Counted from the first letter of the stretch, positions 34,213 through 45,965 are shown. The stretch: 64,000 bases of DNA from an uncultured Verrucomicrobiae bacterium (GCA_963793135.1 CAWBYX010000028.1:119886-183885); one strand, 5' to 3'. Numbers and translations: made by a program. Notes: generated from the letters alone by a model not told the origin.

Positions 34213-35724
34213 TTATCCGGTTGCTCCATGCCCGAAAAAAGGCGGGCGTCCAGCCTTTTGGAGCTCCACTCTTAGCCACTCCCGGAGGGCAATTTTTTCG
34301 TATTGGCTGTTTTGCTGCACATATTCGGCCTTTTTGAACTCAGCGTATTTTTGTTCGTCGATCGGATCTTTTTTGATCATGTGAATAATCACCGCCGAGC
34401 TCTGATCTTGCAGCAGCTTCGAAGTCTCGTTCGGATTGAGTTCGACTGCGTTCATGGCCATGAACCGGGCGAGATCCTCGCTTTTTCCGGGATCGATCAG
34501 GGCAAACGGTTCTGGAGTCTCAGCCTTGTAGCCCGCGTTCGCGGCCGCTTGCACGAAACTGACTCCTTTTTGCATCTCAGCAGCGATCTTCGCGCTAACT
34601 TCCTTCGCTTTCGCCTGAATGGCCGCTTCAGCTCTTTCTTCTTTAATAGCGGCAATGATCTGGTCTTTTGCTTCCGCCAGCGCAAGCGGTCGACTCGGCA
34701 CGATGTCCGTCAGTTTCATGACATAAAATCCGTCCGTTCCCTCGACGACATCGCTGATCGGACTGTCTTTGGTGAGATTGAACGCCGCTCGCGGCAACGC
34801 CGGAGTCTGAGATAAAGCTTTGTCCGGTTGTTCCAGCGTAAATGGGTCAGTCTCAATCACTGGGAATCCCTTTTCTTTAGCGCTCTCGAAGGTCGACGGA
34901 TTCTGCAATGCGGCTTGCGCGAATGTATCTGCCGCATCCGCCAGTGGTTTCTTGGCCGCCATCTTCTGTTCGTCCGACAGTTTCTTTTGATCGTCGGTCA
35001 GGAGAAACGAGACCAGTTCAATCTTTCTCTTTTCCGGCGACAGGAGGGTATCCTTATGCTGGTCGTAGTACTTCTGTATTTCGGCGTCGGTGACTTGAAC
35101 CGAAGCCTCAAAATCCGAACGATTGAATCGAATGAGTGCCAAAGACATTTTTTGGTTCAGCACCTCGTATTGCTGCTTGAACATGGATTCTGGCAGAGGG
35201 GAACTGTCCTCGACCAACCGGCTGACCCCGGTATATCGCAAATTATCGGCCACCAGGTCATCGAGATCAGCAGCCGTAAACCCGTTCGGCTTCAGCGCTG
35301 CATCGACGAACTGTTGATACTTGGCCGGGTCAAACTGATTATTGGTTTGGAATTGGGGTAATGCCTTCTCGGTATTCCGGATCTGATCGGCGCTGGGTAC
35401 GATCTGGAGGCGTTTGGCTTCGTCACGAAGCAAAAGTAAATTCCACGCGAAGCTCAGAGATTGATCATCGCGAGTCCGGCCTTCCGTCGCCAAGTCTTCC
35501 ACAAAGCCCTGCATACCCAGAGAGAAAACCAATTGCATTGATCGTTCGATTTTCTGAATATCGCCGACGGTGATGGTTCGGCCATTCAGTTTGCCAATGG
35601 CTCCGCCCGGGCCTTCACCGCGGCGCATCGAAGCCGGATTGTAAAACCAGGCAAAGGCGACGATAACGACGATGGTGATGATCGTGAGCAATGTCCGCTG
35701 TCTCTTCCGAATCGCATCCAACAT
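34213..35724 (-). CDS. PpiD/SurA-like periplasmic chaperone (membrane-anchored)
   Basis: N-terminal anchor MLDAIRKRQRTLLTIITIVVIVAFAWF, SurA-N-like region, and a parvulin-like degenerate middle domain. The start is taken at the internal M (35724). Confidence 0.7.
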   Translation of the reverse strand: MLDAIRKRQRTLLTIITIVVIVAFAWFYNPASMRRGEGPGGAIGKLNGRTITVGDIQKIERSMQLVFSLGMQGFVEDLATEGRTRDDQSLSFAWNLLLLRDEAKRLQIVPSADQIRNTEKALPQFQTNNQFDPAKYQQFVDAALKPNGFTAADLDDLVADNLRYTGVSRLVEDSSPLPESMFKQQYEVLNQKMSLALIRFNRSDFEASVQVTDAEIQKYYDQHKDTLLSPEKRKIELVSFLLTDDQKKLSDEQKMAAKKPLADAADTFAQAALQNPSTFESAKEKGFPVIETDPFTLEQPDKALSQTPALPRAAFNLTKDSPISDVVEGTDGFYVMKLTDIVPSRPLALAEAKDQIIAAIKEERAEAAIQAKAKEVSAKIAAEMQKGVSFVQAAANAGYKAETPEPFALIDPGKSEDLARFMAMNAVELNPNETSKLLQDQSSAVIIHMIKKDPIDEQKYAEFKKAEYVQQNSQYEKIALREWLRVELQKAGRPPFFGHGATG

Positions 35725-35789
35725 AGGGAGGAGAAAAGTGGATGCGACCCGGCGGATTTTCAATGAGAAAGAGTGGGCGGCGTTCGGCG

Positions 35790-37030
35790 TTCAGCGTTAA
35801 CCCGACGCGGAACTCGCCCTACCTGCCACCCGATGTTCACCGGAGACCATCAAAGATCGATAACGATAACGAGCACGAGGACGAGGACGATTGGGGAAGA
35901 AAGAGGGGCTTAGGTAGGGTGAGGCTCCGTCCGAACCGGGGCTTCCTGGTTGCCCTGCCCTAGGACTTAAGCCCCTCTAAGTCAGCCGCCCTGAGCGAAT
36001 CGGCACGCCTATACCAATTGTCGGTGTCAAGCGCTGCATACACCCGATCGAAGAGCGTCATGTGGGTTAACGTCATAAGGCGGGTAGACGCGGGAAGCCC
36101 CGGTTCGGGCGGAGCCTCACCCTACCTAAACGTCGCGTATCTTCCACCCGAGTTCTGACCGGCGACGATCAAAGATCGATAACGATAACGAGCACGAGCA
36201 CGAGGACGATTGGGGAAGAGAGAGGGGTTTAGGTAGGGTGAGGCTCCGTCCGAACCGGGGCTTCCCGGGTTGCCTTGCCCTACGACTTCGCCCCCTGTAA
36301 GTCAGCCGCCGGAGCGAATCGAAGAATCGGAGCGCCTAATTGCTGAAAGAACCGATGCCGGACGAACGGCCCACGTTGCTGTAGGCAAGTTGCAGCAGGT
36401 ACCAAAATCATCTGACCTGTCCCCAATACCACATGTCCCCAATACGACATACGACGGATCGAAAAGCGTCGTGGGGGTTCACGTCATAAGGCAGGTAGAA
36501 GCGGGAAGCCCCGGTTCGGGCGGAGCCTCACCCTACCTAAACGTCGCGTATCTTCCACCCGGCTTCTGCCCGGGGACGATCAAAGATCGAGAACGATAAC
36601 GAGCACGAGCACGAGGACGATTGGGAAGAGAGAGGGGCTTAGGTAGGGTGAGGCTCCGTCCGAACCGGGGCTTCCCGGGTTGCCCTGCCCTATGACTTCA
36701 CCCCCTATAAGTCAGCCGCCTGAGCGAATCGGAGAATTGGAGCGCCAAATTGTCGAAAGAACCGATGCCAGACGAACGGCCGACGTTGCTGTAGGCAAGT
36801 TGCAGCAGGTACCAAAATCATCTGACCTGCCCTCAATGCGACATACGGCCCGATCGAGAAGCTCGTGTGGGTTCACGTCATGAGGCAGGTAAACGCGGGA
36901 AGCCCCGGTTCGGACGGAGCCTCACCCTACCTAAGCGTCACCTAGCTTCCACCCGGCTTCTGCCCGGCGACGATTAAAGAGCGAGAACGAGGACGAGCAC
37001 GATTGGGGAACAGAGCGAAGGGCGGCGAGC
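35790..37030. repeat. 1.2-kb non-coding array: about 3 tandem copies of a composite unit of about 400 bp carrying 38-bp inverted arms
   Basis: Forward arms 'ttaggtagggtgaggctccgtccgaaccggggcttcc' at about 35909, 36228 and 36638. Reverse-complement arms 'gggaagccccggttcgg(g/a)cggagcctcaccctacctaa' at about 36092, 36503 and 36897. Segments between arms are also repeated (36270-36500 vs 36680-36900). Confidence 0.88.
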
Positions 37031-37038
37031 GTCGCACC

Positions 37039-38481
37039 CTACCGAGGCAAGAGACCAACCGCGACCTGCGGAAAAATGCCCAAAACAAAGATAAGTCCCA
37101 CCATGATCCACATGGCGACGAGAGAGAGTCGGCTGACCGGAATCGCGGTGGCGTCTACCGGTACGGGCTGCCAATACATCGCCCTGACCACCTTCAGATA
37201 GAAGTAGAAGCCGCAACCGACCGTCAGGATGCCGAGAGCGATCAGGAAAAAGTGGCCGGTTTCAAAGGCCACCTTGAAGACGAGAAACTTCCCGAGAAAC
37301 CCGGCGGTCAACGGAACACCGGCGAGCGACATCATGGCGACTAGAAGACCAAAAGCCAGGAACGGAGAACGTTTTCCTAGACCATTAAAATGAACGATGT
37401 CGTCGCCGTCGGCATGATTACTGACGATCACCAGGATCAGAAACGAGAGGAGTGTCATCAAGAGATAAGCGGCAAGATAGACGACCACGGCCAGTCCGGA
37501 ATCCATTGCACCGATTGCCGCCACTGCAATTAGCAGATAACCGGCATGACCGATACTGGAATAGGCCAGAAGGCGCTTGAAGTTCGTCTGAGGCAATGCC
37601 GCGAGATTGCCGTAAAGCAGGGTGGCCGCGGCCAAGAGTGTAATCGCGGTGATCAACTTGTTTCCGACAGACGGGAGAGTTTGAAAGGCTAGGACGACTC
37701 GCAGCAGCACGATAAATCCGACCGATTTAGAACCGACGGAGAGAAAGGCGGTGATCGGAGTTGGTGCACCCTGGTAAACATCGGGAACCCAGAACTGAAA
37801 TGGCGCAGCCGCTATCTTGAATCCGAGACCGACCAGGACCAGGAGAGCGCCAAAAAGAAGGCCAGGCTGATTATCGAGGGGAATGGAAGAAAGGACCTGC
37901 TTTATCTGCGTGAGATTGGTCTGCCGCGTGACGCCGTAGATCCAGGTAATCCCGTAAACGGTGAAACCGGTAGAAAGGGCGCTCAGGATCAGATATTTAA
38001 CACCCGCTTCCAGCGAAGCGGCGTTCCTGCGCATGAAAGGCACCAGGACATAGAAAGAAATGGTGACCAGCTCCAGGGAGACGAAAATCAGGATAAAGTC
38101 GATCGCCGATGCCATCCACATCATCCCTGCGCAGGTGAGTACCGGGAGAGCGAAAAATTCGCCCAGACCGGATTGAGGGGAACCGCCGGGCAAATAGCGT
38201 TTGATCGTGTCGGCGTAATCAATCGACATGATGAGCACAACAATCGTCGTCACGACGGCGACTTTCTTGAAGAAAATCGCCGGCCAATCGATCGTGTAAG
38301 AGAGCATCCCGCTTTCGCCAGGGACAGTTACCTGGAGAAACAAGAAGACGACGGCTAATCCGACGATTCCGATAATCGCAAAGATTTTCCGGTCCTGCTT
38401 TTCGGCAAACGATTCCAGCACCAGAATCACGATTCCCAGCGCGAGCACGAATAATTCTAGTAAAACGGGAGGGATTGTCAT
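37039..38481 (-). CDS. nuoN: NADH-quinone oxidoreductase subunit N
   Basis: 480-aa polytopic antiporter-like subunit, last gene of the operon; 4-nt overlap with nuoM. Confidence 0.9.
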   Translation of the reverse strand: MTIPPVLLELFVLALGIVILVLESFAEKQDRKIFAIIGIVGLAVVFLFLQVTVPGESGMLSYTIDWPAIFFKKVAVVTTIVVLIMSIDYADTIKRYLPGGSPQSGLGEFFALPVLTCAGMMWMASAIDFILIFVSLELVTISFYVLVPFMRRNAASLEAGVKYLILSALSTGFTVYGITWIYGVTRQTNLTQIKQVLSSIPLDNQPGLLFGALLVLVGLGFKIAAAPFQFWVPDVYQGAPTPITAFLSVGSKSVGFIVLLRVVLAFQTLPSVGNKLITAITLLAAATLLYGNLAALPQTNFKRLLAYSSIGHAGYLLIAVAAIGAMDSGLAVVVYLAAYLLMTLLSFLILVIVSNHADGDDIVHFNGLGKRSPFLAFGLLVAMMSLAGVPLTAGFLGKFLVFKVAFETGHFFLIALGILTVGCGFYFYLKVVRAMYWQPVPVDATAIPVSRLSLVAMWIMVGLIFVLGIFPQVAVGLLPR

Positions 38482-39956
38482 TTAGCGAAGAGCCGGATTC
38501 CAGGTTCAACAGCATCCAAAACCGTTCTGGGTAGCAGACCGACCACCAGAAGCGCGGCAACCAGCAAAACGACGGCCCAACCGACGTTCATCGGCATATC
38601 TTTGACCGCCTGCCAGCGAGGTAGAGGTTCTCCCATAAAGATGGCTCGATACGCGCGCAGCATATAGACCGCAGAGATAACGACACCCCAGAGGGCAATC
38701 GTCCCGACAACTTGAAACTCGTTAAATCCCGCGCCTGGCGTTGAGTGTTTGAATGCGCCAAAGAAAACGAGGAGTTCAGAAGCGAAGTTCGCGAATCCCG
38801 GGAGCCCAATGGAAGCGAAAGTTGCCAATCCGAACACGAAGCAAAGGGTCGGCATACTGGTTCCTAAACCTCCCAGGTCGACGTAATTGAGTGTGCCGGT
38901 CTGTTTTCGAATTTCGCCGGACATTGCAAAGAGCGCCGCGATGGAGAGTCCGTGAGCCAACAAGAGCAGAGCAGCGCCATTCAACCCGATGATGTTATAG
39001 CTGGCGATGCCCAGAAAGACGTACCCCATGTGCATCACACTCGAATAGCCGAGGGTTAGATCCAGCTGCTTTTGCGAGATGGTGGCCAGGCCCACATAGA
39101 GGATATTTCCCGCCAGAAGAATCAGAAGGAAAGGGGCCCAATGCCGCGCCGCTTCCGGCATCAACGGCAGAGCCAGCCGGAGAAGTCCGTAAAGTCCAAA
39201 TTTTTTCAAGACACCGGCGTGCAACATAGCAACCGGCGGCGGTGCCGAGGCATAAGCTTGAGGAGCCCAGGTATGAAATGGAAAGAGCGAGACCAGAATC
39301 CCAAAGCCAATCAACAACAGGAAATAAACTGATCTGGATCCCGGTCTCGAGAATACCCCGCTCGAAACGAGTTGTTGGAGTTTGACGATGTCGAAGGTTC
39401 GGTGCTCGGGCGGTGGCAACAGATAGAGACCAATCAAGCCAACCAGCAGGATAATGCTGCCGATCGACAGATAAATAGTGATCTTCCAGGCAGCGCTTTG
39501 CCGATTGCCGGAGCCCCAAATGCCGATCATCAGAAAAGTTGGGATAAGGGCCAGCTCGTGAAACGCGTAAAAAAAGAATAGGTCAAGAGAAGCAAACGCT
39601 CCGGCGGCCCCGGCAGCGATCAAAAGGAGGCAGGCGTAATACCGATTTTCTCCGTAGTCAACTTTCGGCGCGAGCCAAACGGCGGCCAGCGCCACAATCG
39701 AGGTCAGTAGCAATAGCGTCGCGCTCAGACCATCGACGCCGACGAAAAACTTTAAATCCCAGCTGGCGATCAGCGGGAAGGCGCCCGCGAACTGAAAGCC
39801 AGCCTGTGCGCGATCGTAACCGAGAAAGACGATTAAAGCCGAGGCAAGCGCGACGAGCGTACCTATAACGGCAGTTCTCCGTGCCGGGAGCCCAAGAAGA
39901 ACGCAGACCGCCGCGACGATCGGCGCGAGATAAATCAGGTGAACCAGTAAACTCAT
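38478..39956 (-). CDS. nuoM: NADH-quinone oxidoreductase subunit M
   Basis: 492-aa antiporter-like subunit in the conserved position. Confidence 0.92.
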   Translation of the reverse strand: MSLLVHLIYLAPIVAAVCVLLGLPARRTAVIGTLVALASALIVFLGYDRAQAGFQFAGAFPLIASWDLKFFVGVDGLSATLLLLTSIVALAAVWLAPKVDYGENRYYACLLLIAAGAAGAFASLDLFFFYAFHELALIPTFLMIGIWGSGNRQSAAWKITIYLSIGSIILLVGLIGLYLLPPPEHRTFDIVKLQQLVSSGVFSRPGSRSVYFLLLIGFGILVSLFPFHTWAPQAYASAPPPVAMLHAGVLKKFGLYGLLRLALPLMPEAARHWAPFLLILLAGNILYVGLATISQKQLDLTLGYSSVMHMGYVFLGIASYNIIGLNGAALLLLAHGLSIAALFAMSGEIRKQTGTLNYVDLGGLGTSMPTLCFVFGLATFASIGLPGFANFASELLVFFGAFKHSTPGAGFNEFQVVGTIALWGVVISAVYMLRAYRAIFMGEPLPRWQAVKDMPMNVGWAVVLLVAALLVVGLLPRTVLDAVEPGIRLFAK

Positions 39957-41744
39957 TTTGTGCCGAACAGAATGAAGTAAAGAAGTAAGACTACCCCTGC
40001 TCCGAAGAGAAACGCGTAAGCCTGTAAATTGCCGATCTGAAGGAAACGCAGAGCGTATCCGAGACCCCAGGTGATTCCTCCGAGGCCTCGCACGACACCG
40101 CCGTCAATCACCCAGCGGTCGAAGAAGCCCGAAATATTGGCCAGCAGATCCTGAGTCCATTTGATCAGACTGCGGTAGAATTCGTCGAAGTAGAATTTGT
40201 GTTCGAAGAGAGGGATATCAATGCCGTCCTTGTTTTTGTCTTTGTAGAGGTAGAAACCTGAGGCGGCACCCGCTGCGAAAGCCAGGAGTGAAACCGCGAT
40301 CGCGCCCAGCGGGGACCCTTCATGTTCAGGTACTTGGATGAAAATGGAGGCGATAAATGGAAACCCGGCAATACAGGCCGGAATAGCGAGAAGGATCAAG
40401 GGAACGGTCATCACTCTGGGCGACTCCTCCGCATGCCTGGCGTGATCCGAGCGAGCTTCCCCAAGAAAAGCGACCACGAAAAGTCGAGACATGTAAAAAG
40501 CGGTTAAGAAGGTGACAGCTGCGATTGCCAGAAATGCGGGAATGATTCTGGCTGGCAGAGGCCAGGATGGCGTCTTTACTCCAAAATCCGGCAAAAGGCG
40601 GACAGGCGATCAAAGCCAGCGTGCCAATAAGAAAGGTCCAAAAGGTCACCGGCATTTTGTTTCGCAGACCACCCATCTGCCAAATATTCTGCTCATGATG
40701 CAGGCTGTAGATCACTGATCCCGCGCCGAGGAATAGAAGTGCTTTGAAGAAGGCATGAGTGAAGAGATGGAACATGCCTGCCTGGGGTACCCCGAGACCG
40801 ACCGCGGCGATCATTAGCCCGAGCTGGGAAAGAGTCGAATAGGCCAGAACGCGTTTGATGTCGTCCTGTTGGGTGGCCATGAGCGCCGCCATCAGGGAGG
40901 TGATCAAACCGATCCAGAGAACTACCGTGAGCGCCGCCGGTGCAGGCTGGAAGAGAAAGAAAGAACGGGTCAGCATGAAGACGCCGGCAGCCACCATCGT
41001 TGCGGCGTGGATTAAGGCGGAGACAGGTGTCGGGCCCTCCATGGCGTCCGGCAGCCAGACGTGGAGCGGGAACTGGGCAGATTTCCCGACCGCCCCGCAG
41101 AATATCAGCAGAGCCGTGGCAGTCATAAACCCATGACTTAAGCCGAGGGTAGACCAATGCTGACTCAATTCTTCGAAAGAGACCGTTCCAGACGCCGACC
41201 AAACCAGGAGGATGCCGAGCATGAATCCGAAATCGCCGATCCGATTGGCCAGAAAAGCCTTGTTGGCGGCATCGGGAGGGGCAGCGTGATAGAACCAGTG
41301 ACCGATCAAGAGATACGAACTGACTCCGACCAACTCCCAGAAGATGAACATCATGATGAAGTTGTTGGCCAGCACAATCCCGAGCATCGAAAAGGTGAAG
41401 AGCGACAACCCGCAAAAATAACGCGAACGCCCTGTGTCATCCGCCATGTAGCCGAGCGAGTAAATATGGATCAGAAGTCCGACGCCCGTGACCACCAGGA
41501 GCATCAGTTTGGTTAAGCCATTGATCAGGTAACCGATCTTCACCTGGAACACACCCAAATCGATCCAGTTGAAGCCGGCCGATCCATCCGGCCCAAAAAA
41601 GACCCCCAGGGCGAAAACAAAAGATATGGCAATCGCCGCGACCGAGATATGCGAACTGAGCTTCCTGGACCGCTCAGTGATCAGAGCAATGACCACCGCA
41701 GAGATAAACGGCGTAAAGAGGATGATCCATGGACTCGCGTTCAT
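39953..41744 (-). CDS. nuoL: NADH-quinone oxidoreductase subunit L, apparent 1-nt frameshift near 40547
   Basis: ORFs 40326..41744 and 39953..40594 join as ...FAGFWSKDAILASAS(Q)|IIPAFLAIAAVTFLTAFYMSRLF.... Confidence 0.9.
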
Positions 41745-41747
41745 TCG

Positions 41748-42065
41748 TTAGAATTTCAAAGTGTTCATGTCCTCGACATGGGTAGTTTGTCGGGCCCGGA
41801 AAAGGGCGACGATGATGGCCAGCCCGACGGTCACTTCGGCGGCAGCGACGGTGATGATAAAAAACGCCAGCACCTGTCCGTTATAGTCCGGGAGGCCGTC
41901 ATGGACATTGTATCTTGAAAATCCAATCAGGGAGAGATTGGCTGCATTGAGCATCAGCTCCAGGGCCATGAAAATGATGATCACGTTCCGGCGGAGCAAT
42001 ACCCCGGCGAAGCCGATGGCAAATAAGAGGCCGCTGGCAATCAGATAGTCATTAAGCGTTACCAT
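41748..42065 (-). CDS. nuoK: NADH-quinone oxidoreductase subunit K
   Basis: 105 aa, 3 TM, in the conserved position. Confidence 0.92.
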   Translation of the reverse strand: MVTLNDYLIASGLLFAIGFAGVLLRRNVIIIFMALELMLNAANLSLIGFSRYNVHDGLPDYNGQVLAFFIITVAAAEVTVGLAIIVALFRARQTTHVEDMNTLKF

Positions 42066-42067
42066 GG

Positions 42068-42571
42068 TTATTTGAGCTCCCGTTTGCTAAGGATCACGAC
42101 GCCGATCGACGCGACCAGGATCAAGGTGCCGACCACTTGAAGCGGGATGTTATACTGCTGGAAAAGCACCATCCCGACATGCCAGACGTCCCCTTGCGGC
42201 CCTTGCGCGATCGGCTGGAATTTGGCGTGGCCGTTCTCAAATTTGTAACTAATGTCTAACAGAATCGTGACAAACAGGAATATCACGACGAACCCGCCGC
42301 AAATCGCCGGCAGATTGGTACGGCGGCGGACCTCCGCCTTAAGATCCAGCAGCATGATGATGAACAAAAAAAGCACCATTACCGCTCCCGCATACACCAG
42401 GACCTGGATTACCCCGATAAAATAGGCGTCCAGCGAGACAAAAAGAGCGGCCAGAGCTAGAAAGCAGACGACCAGGCTCAGCGCACTCGCGACGGGATTG
42501 CGGTTCAGCACCACCATCCCGCCGAAAAAGAGCATAATCGCCACGAAGATCCAAAAAAGTAACGGGGACAT
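42068..42571 (-). CDS. nuoJ: NADH-quinone oxidoreductase subunit J
   Basis: 167 aa, membrane protein, in the conserved position. Confidence 0.88.
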   Translation of the reverse strand: MSPLLFWIFVAIMLFFGGMVVLNRNPVASALSLVVCFLALAALFVSLDAYFIGVIQVLVYAGAVMVLFLFIIMLLDLKAEVRRRTNLPAICGGFVVIFLFVTILLDISYKFENGHAKFQPIAQGPQGDVWHVGMVLFQQYNIPLQVVGTLILVASIGVVILSKRELK

Positions 42572-42575
42572 TCGG

Positions 42576-43106
42576 CTATTTTTTGTCGTTCCACTTGTTC
42601 ACCAGGCCGGTCATGACACCGCCAAGCTCGTAAAGCTTCTCCTTGTCGTGCACCATCTCCTGCCTGGTTAAACCGGTGATGGCATAATCTTTGCGCAGAA
42701 AAATGGCTTGTTCTGGGCACACCTCCTCGCAAAGTCCGCAGTAAATGCAGCGGATCATGTCGATCTCGAACTCCCGCGGAAATTTCTCCACTTTCCGCCA
42801 TCGGTCTTGTTCCGGGATTTCTCCGGGATGGATGGTGATCGCGCGGGGTGGACAAATGAATTCGCAGAGCTGGCAGGCCACACAGCGCTCTCGCCCGTGT
42901 TCATCCCTCACCAGAGTGGGTGCACCGCGGTAGTAGGACGGCAATTGCTCGTCCCATTTCTCTTCCGGGTATTGCATGGTCACTTTCTTCCTCCCGGAAA
43001 GGATTTTGAAAAAGTGTCGAAAGGTAATCCCAAGACCGGTCAAGATCGCGGGTAGATAGACCTTCTCTGCGAAGTTCAGTTTTGGACGGGCTACGGTGTA
43101 CGCCAT
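42576..43106 (-). CDS. nuoI: NADH-quinone oxidoreductase subunit I (2x[4Fe-4S])
   Basis: CVACQLCEFICP and CIYCGLCEEVCP ferredoxin motifs. Confidence 0.93.
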   Translation of the reverse strand: MAYTVARPKLNFAEKVYLPAILTGLGITFRHFFKILSGRKKVTMQYPEEKWDEQLPSYYRGAPTLVRDEHGRERCVACQLCEFICPPRAITIHPGEIPEQDRWRKVEKFPREFEIDMIRCIYCGLCEEVCPEQAIFLRKDYAITGLTRQEMVHDKEKLYELGGVMTGLVNKWNDKK

Positions 43107-43118
43107 GGTTCTAACTCG

Positions 43119-44294
43119 CTATTTTTGCATGAAAGGCAGAATGACTGCGACGATGAAAACATTGACCAGAGCGATCTCGATGAAGAAATACCAGCCAAGT
43201 CTCATCAATTGATCGTATCGAAAGCGCGGCAACGTCCAACGCACCCAAATGAAAAAGAGCAGCAGTAGAGCCACCTTGATAAAGAATGCCGCGATGTGAA
43301 TGAGTCCGAGCAGGAGGCCCCAAATTGAATAGGGGTTGGCTAGCGTGGTCGGCAGGAATGGAACATGCCAGGCTCCAAAGTAGAGAGTCACGATGACCGC
43401 CGAGCCGGTAATCATCGCCGCGTATTCGCCCAGAAAAAAGAGGGCAAACTTCATCGATGAATACTCGGTGTGATATCCGCCGACCAGCTCGGTCTCCGCC
43501 TCCGGCAAGTCAAACGGCAAGCGATTGGTTTCGGCGAACATGGAGATGGTGAAGACAATGAAGGAAATGAAAAGCGGTATCCAGAGGATGATCTTCAGGA
43601 TGTCGATCGATTGGATGATCTCCTGAAAATTGATGCTCAGAGGGAAAAGGCTGATCCCTTTGATCCAGATCGGAGAAATCAGCCAACCGTGGGCGATTTG
43701 GTATTTGACGATTTCCGACAAGTTGAGAGTTCGGCAGATCATGAAGATCGGGATGACCGATAAGGCGAGCGAAAGCTCGTATGAAATCATCTGCGAACTG
43801 GATCGTATTCCGCCGAGGAACGGGTATTTCGAGTTTGAGGACCAGCCGGCTAATACGATGCCGTAGACGCCAAGGGAAGAAACGGCAAAAACCCAAAGCA
43901 CACCGATGTTGACGTTGGCGACGACCATCGGCTCGCCCCAAAGTTGGCTGCCAAAAGGGATCACCGCCAGAGCCATCATGGAGGGAGCCATGGCGCAGGC
44001 GGGCGCCAGCCAGTAATAAAACTTGTTGACGTGAGCCGGTGTAAAATCCTCCTTCAGCATCAGCTTCACCGCATCGGCTATTGGCTGGACGAGACCGTGG
44101 AGTGGTATGTCTTTCCCGAATCCGAATAAGGTCAGAGGAATGCCAACTCGGTTCGGGCCGACCCGGTCCTGGATCATGGCACTTACGCGCCGCTCTGCGT
44201 AAACCGTGTACGAAACCATCGGAAGAATGACCACGAAAATGAGTCCGAGGGTCTTAGCCAGTGAAACGAGGACCAGTATCAGTACCTCGATCAT
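43119..44294 (-). CDS. nuoH: NADH-quinone oxidoreductase subunit H
   Basis: AERRVSAMIQDRVGPNRVG, ETNRLPFDLPEAETELV(G)GYHTEYS. Confidence 0.94.
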   Translation of the reverse strand: MIEVLILVLVSLAKTLGLIFVVILPMVSYTVYAERRVSAMIQDRVGPNRVGIPLTLFGFGKDIPLHGLVQPIADAVKLMLKEDFTPAHVNKFYYWLAPACAMAPSMMALAVIPFGSQLWGEPMVVANVNIGVLWVFAVSSLGVYGIVLAGWSSNSKYPFLGGIRSSSQMISYELSLALSVIPIFMICRTLNLSEIVKYQIAHGWLISPIWIKGISLFPLSINFQEIIQSIDILKIILWIPLFISFIVFTISMFAETNRLPFDLPEAETELVGGYHTEYSSMKFALFFLGEYAAMITGSAVIVTLYFGAWHVPFLPTTLANPYSIWGLLLGLIHIAAFFIKVALLLLFFIWVRWTLPRFRYDQLMRLGWYFFIEIALVNVFIVAVILPFMQK

Positions 44295-45956
44295 ACCGTC
44301 TCGACCGCCTCCTCACTCTTTTCGACCAGCGGAACGCCTTGGTCCGTGATCCTGCTGAGCGATAGTGAATTCATATTAGGGATCGAGTCGGTGATTTGTT
44401 TGAAAACATCCTCGATCAGATAGATCCCATTCGATCCCGTCAACTGTTGGATTAAGTCACGAATAATTTCCCAGTCATCGCGTGCGGTTCCGGGCGGCTG
44501 CGTCGCTCGATTTAAACGTTGCAGCCGTCCTTTGACATTGATCATGGAGCCGCGTTTCTCAGAGAAAGCGGAAGAGGGAAGCAGAATCGATGCGCTGCGA
44601 GTCGTTTCGTTCGGCAGGATATCGACCACGATCAAGGCTGCCAATTTTTTCAAGTCTTCTGCAGTAATCCCAAGTTGGGTTAGATCCTCACCTAGTGCGA
44701 TCACAGCCTTGAGAGCGCCCGATTTGATCTTGTCGACAATCTCCTTCAGCCCGTCGCCAGGTTTGTCGCCGGTCACCCCTGTGAGCTGAGCGCCGCGGGT
44801 ATTGGGATTCCGGTCAGCGCTCATCAAGATCTGATCGGCTTCTGCAAATCTGGGAACGATATCGTGCAGAGAGGTGCCGATCGAATCGATCAATTTCTTT
44901 GTCAGCCACAGTTCTTCGTTCGTCATCCTCGCGGAAGCGACGACGGCGACTTCGTCCTTTTGAAATTGCTTTAACGTTTCTCCAGCCTTGACCAAGGCAT
45001 TGTTCCAGCTGGTGTCGACGAGTTCCTGAGCCTCCCGAAGCTGCGGCGTCTTAAGTCGATCGGGGGAATTGACGTAGTGAAAATTCAAGCCGGCCGTAGT
45101 CGCACATCCAGTCGGAATTCACCGCATTGTTCTCTCTGGGCGTTTGCCGGAAAATCTCGTTTTGCCGAGTGCCAATGATGGTGTTGCACCCGGTCGCGCA
45201 ACTGGTGCAGATACTCTTTGTTTCCTTGAGGAACCAGACACGCATTTTGAATCGAAAATCGCTGCTGGTCAGAGCTCCGACTGGACAGATATCGACCGTG
45301 TTTAACGAATAGTTGCTGTCCAGCAATCGGTCAGGATGCGCTGTGAGGTAGGTATGGCTTCCGCGGCTGACGAATCCTAAGACATCGTCATGAGCAACCT
45401 CCTTCATAAAACGTATGCAACGGGAACAAAGGATGCAGCGCTCATCATCCAGGGTAACTCGCGGACCGAGTTCAACCCGTTTCGGTTTTTTGACTTTCTC
45501 TTCGAGAAAACGTGACCCGGAGGTTCCAAACTCGACACTGTATTCCTGGAGATGGCACTCGCCGGCCTGGTCGCAAATCGGGCAATCGAGCGGATGATTG
45601 ATCAGGAGAAATTCCATGACCCCGTGCCGGCAGTCCTCGACCATCGGTGAATCGGTTCGAATTCCCATGCCTTCTGCAATGTCTTGAGCGCAAGAGATCT
45701 GTGGTCGCGGAATCCAATTGATCACCGGTTTGCCATCTGCACCCTTTTCGGGCTTACGGTCCGCACCGAGCTTCGGCATCCCCATTTCGATCAGGCACAT
45801 GCGGCAGTTGCCCGGTGAAGTGAGTTTTGGATGGTAACAGTAATGTGGGATAAACTTTCCCGCTTGAGCGCACGCCTCAATGACGCGGGTGCCCTTCTGG
45901 AACTGGTGCCAGACACCGTCAATCTGCACGTTAAGAAGTTCGGTTGGTGCGCTCAT
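44291..45956 (-). CDS. nuoG: NADH-quinone oxidoreductase subunit G (short form), apparent 1-nt frameshift near 45087
   Basis: N-terminal 2Fe-2S/4Fe-4S Cys clusters (CYHPKLTSPGNCRMC, CPICDQAGEC, CILCSRC). ORFs 45051..45956 and 44291..45088 join at ..WMCDYGRL|NFHYVNSPDRL... Confidence 0.88.
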
Positions 45957-45965
45957 GGTGAATTG

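Noticed and set aside
35790-37030. CRISPR array, or protein-coding tandem genes (ORFs 36270..36599 and 36680..36883)
   Set aside because: The whole unit of about 400 bp is repeated, including the inter-arm segments. Differences between copies are not biased to third codon positions, and the ORFs start inside repeat arms. I treat it as a non-coding repeat.
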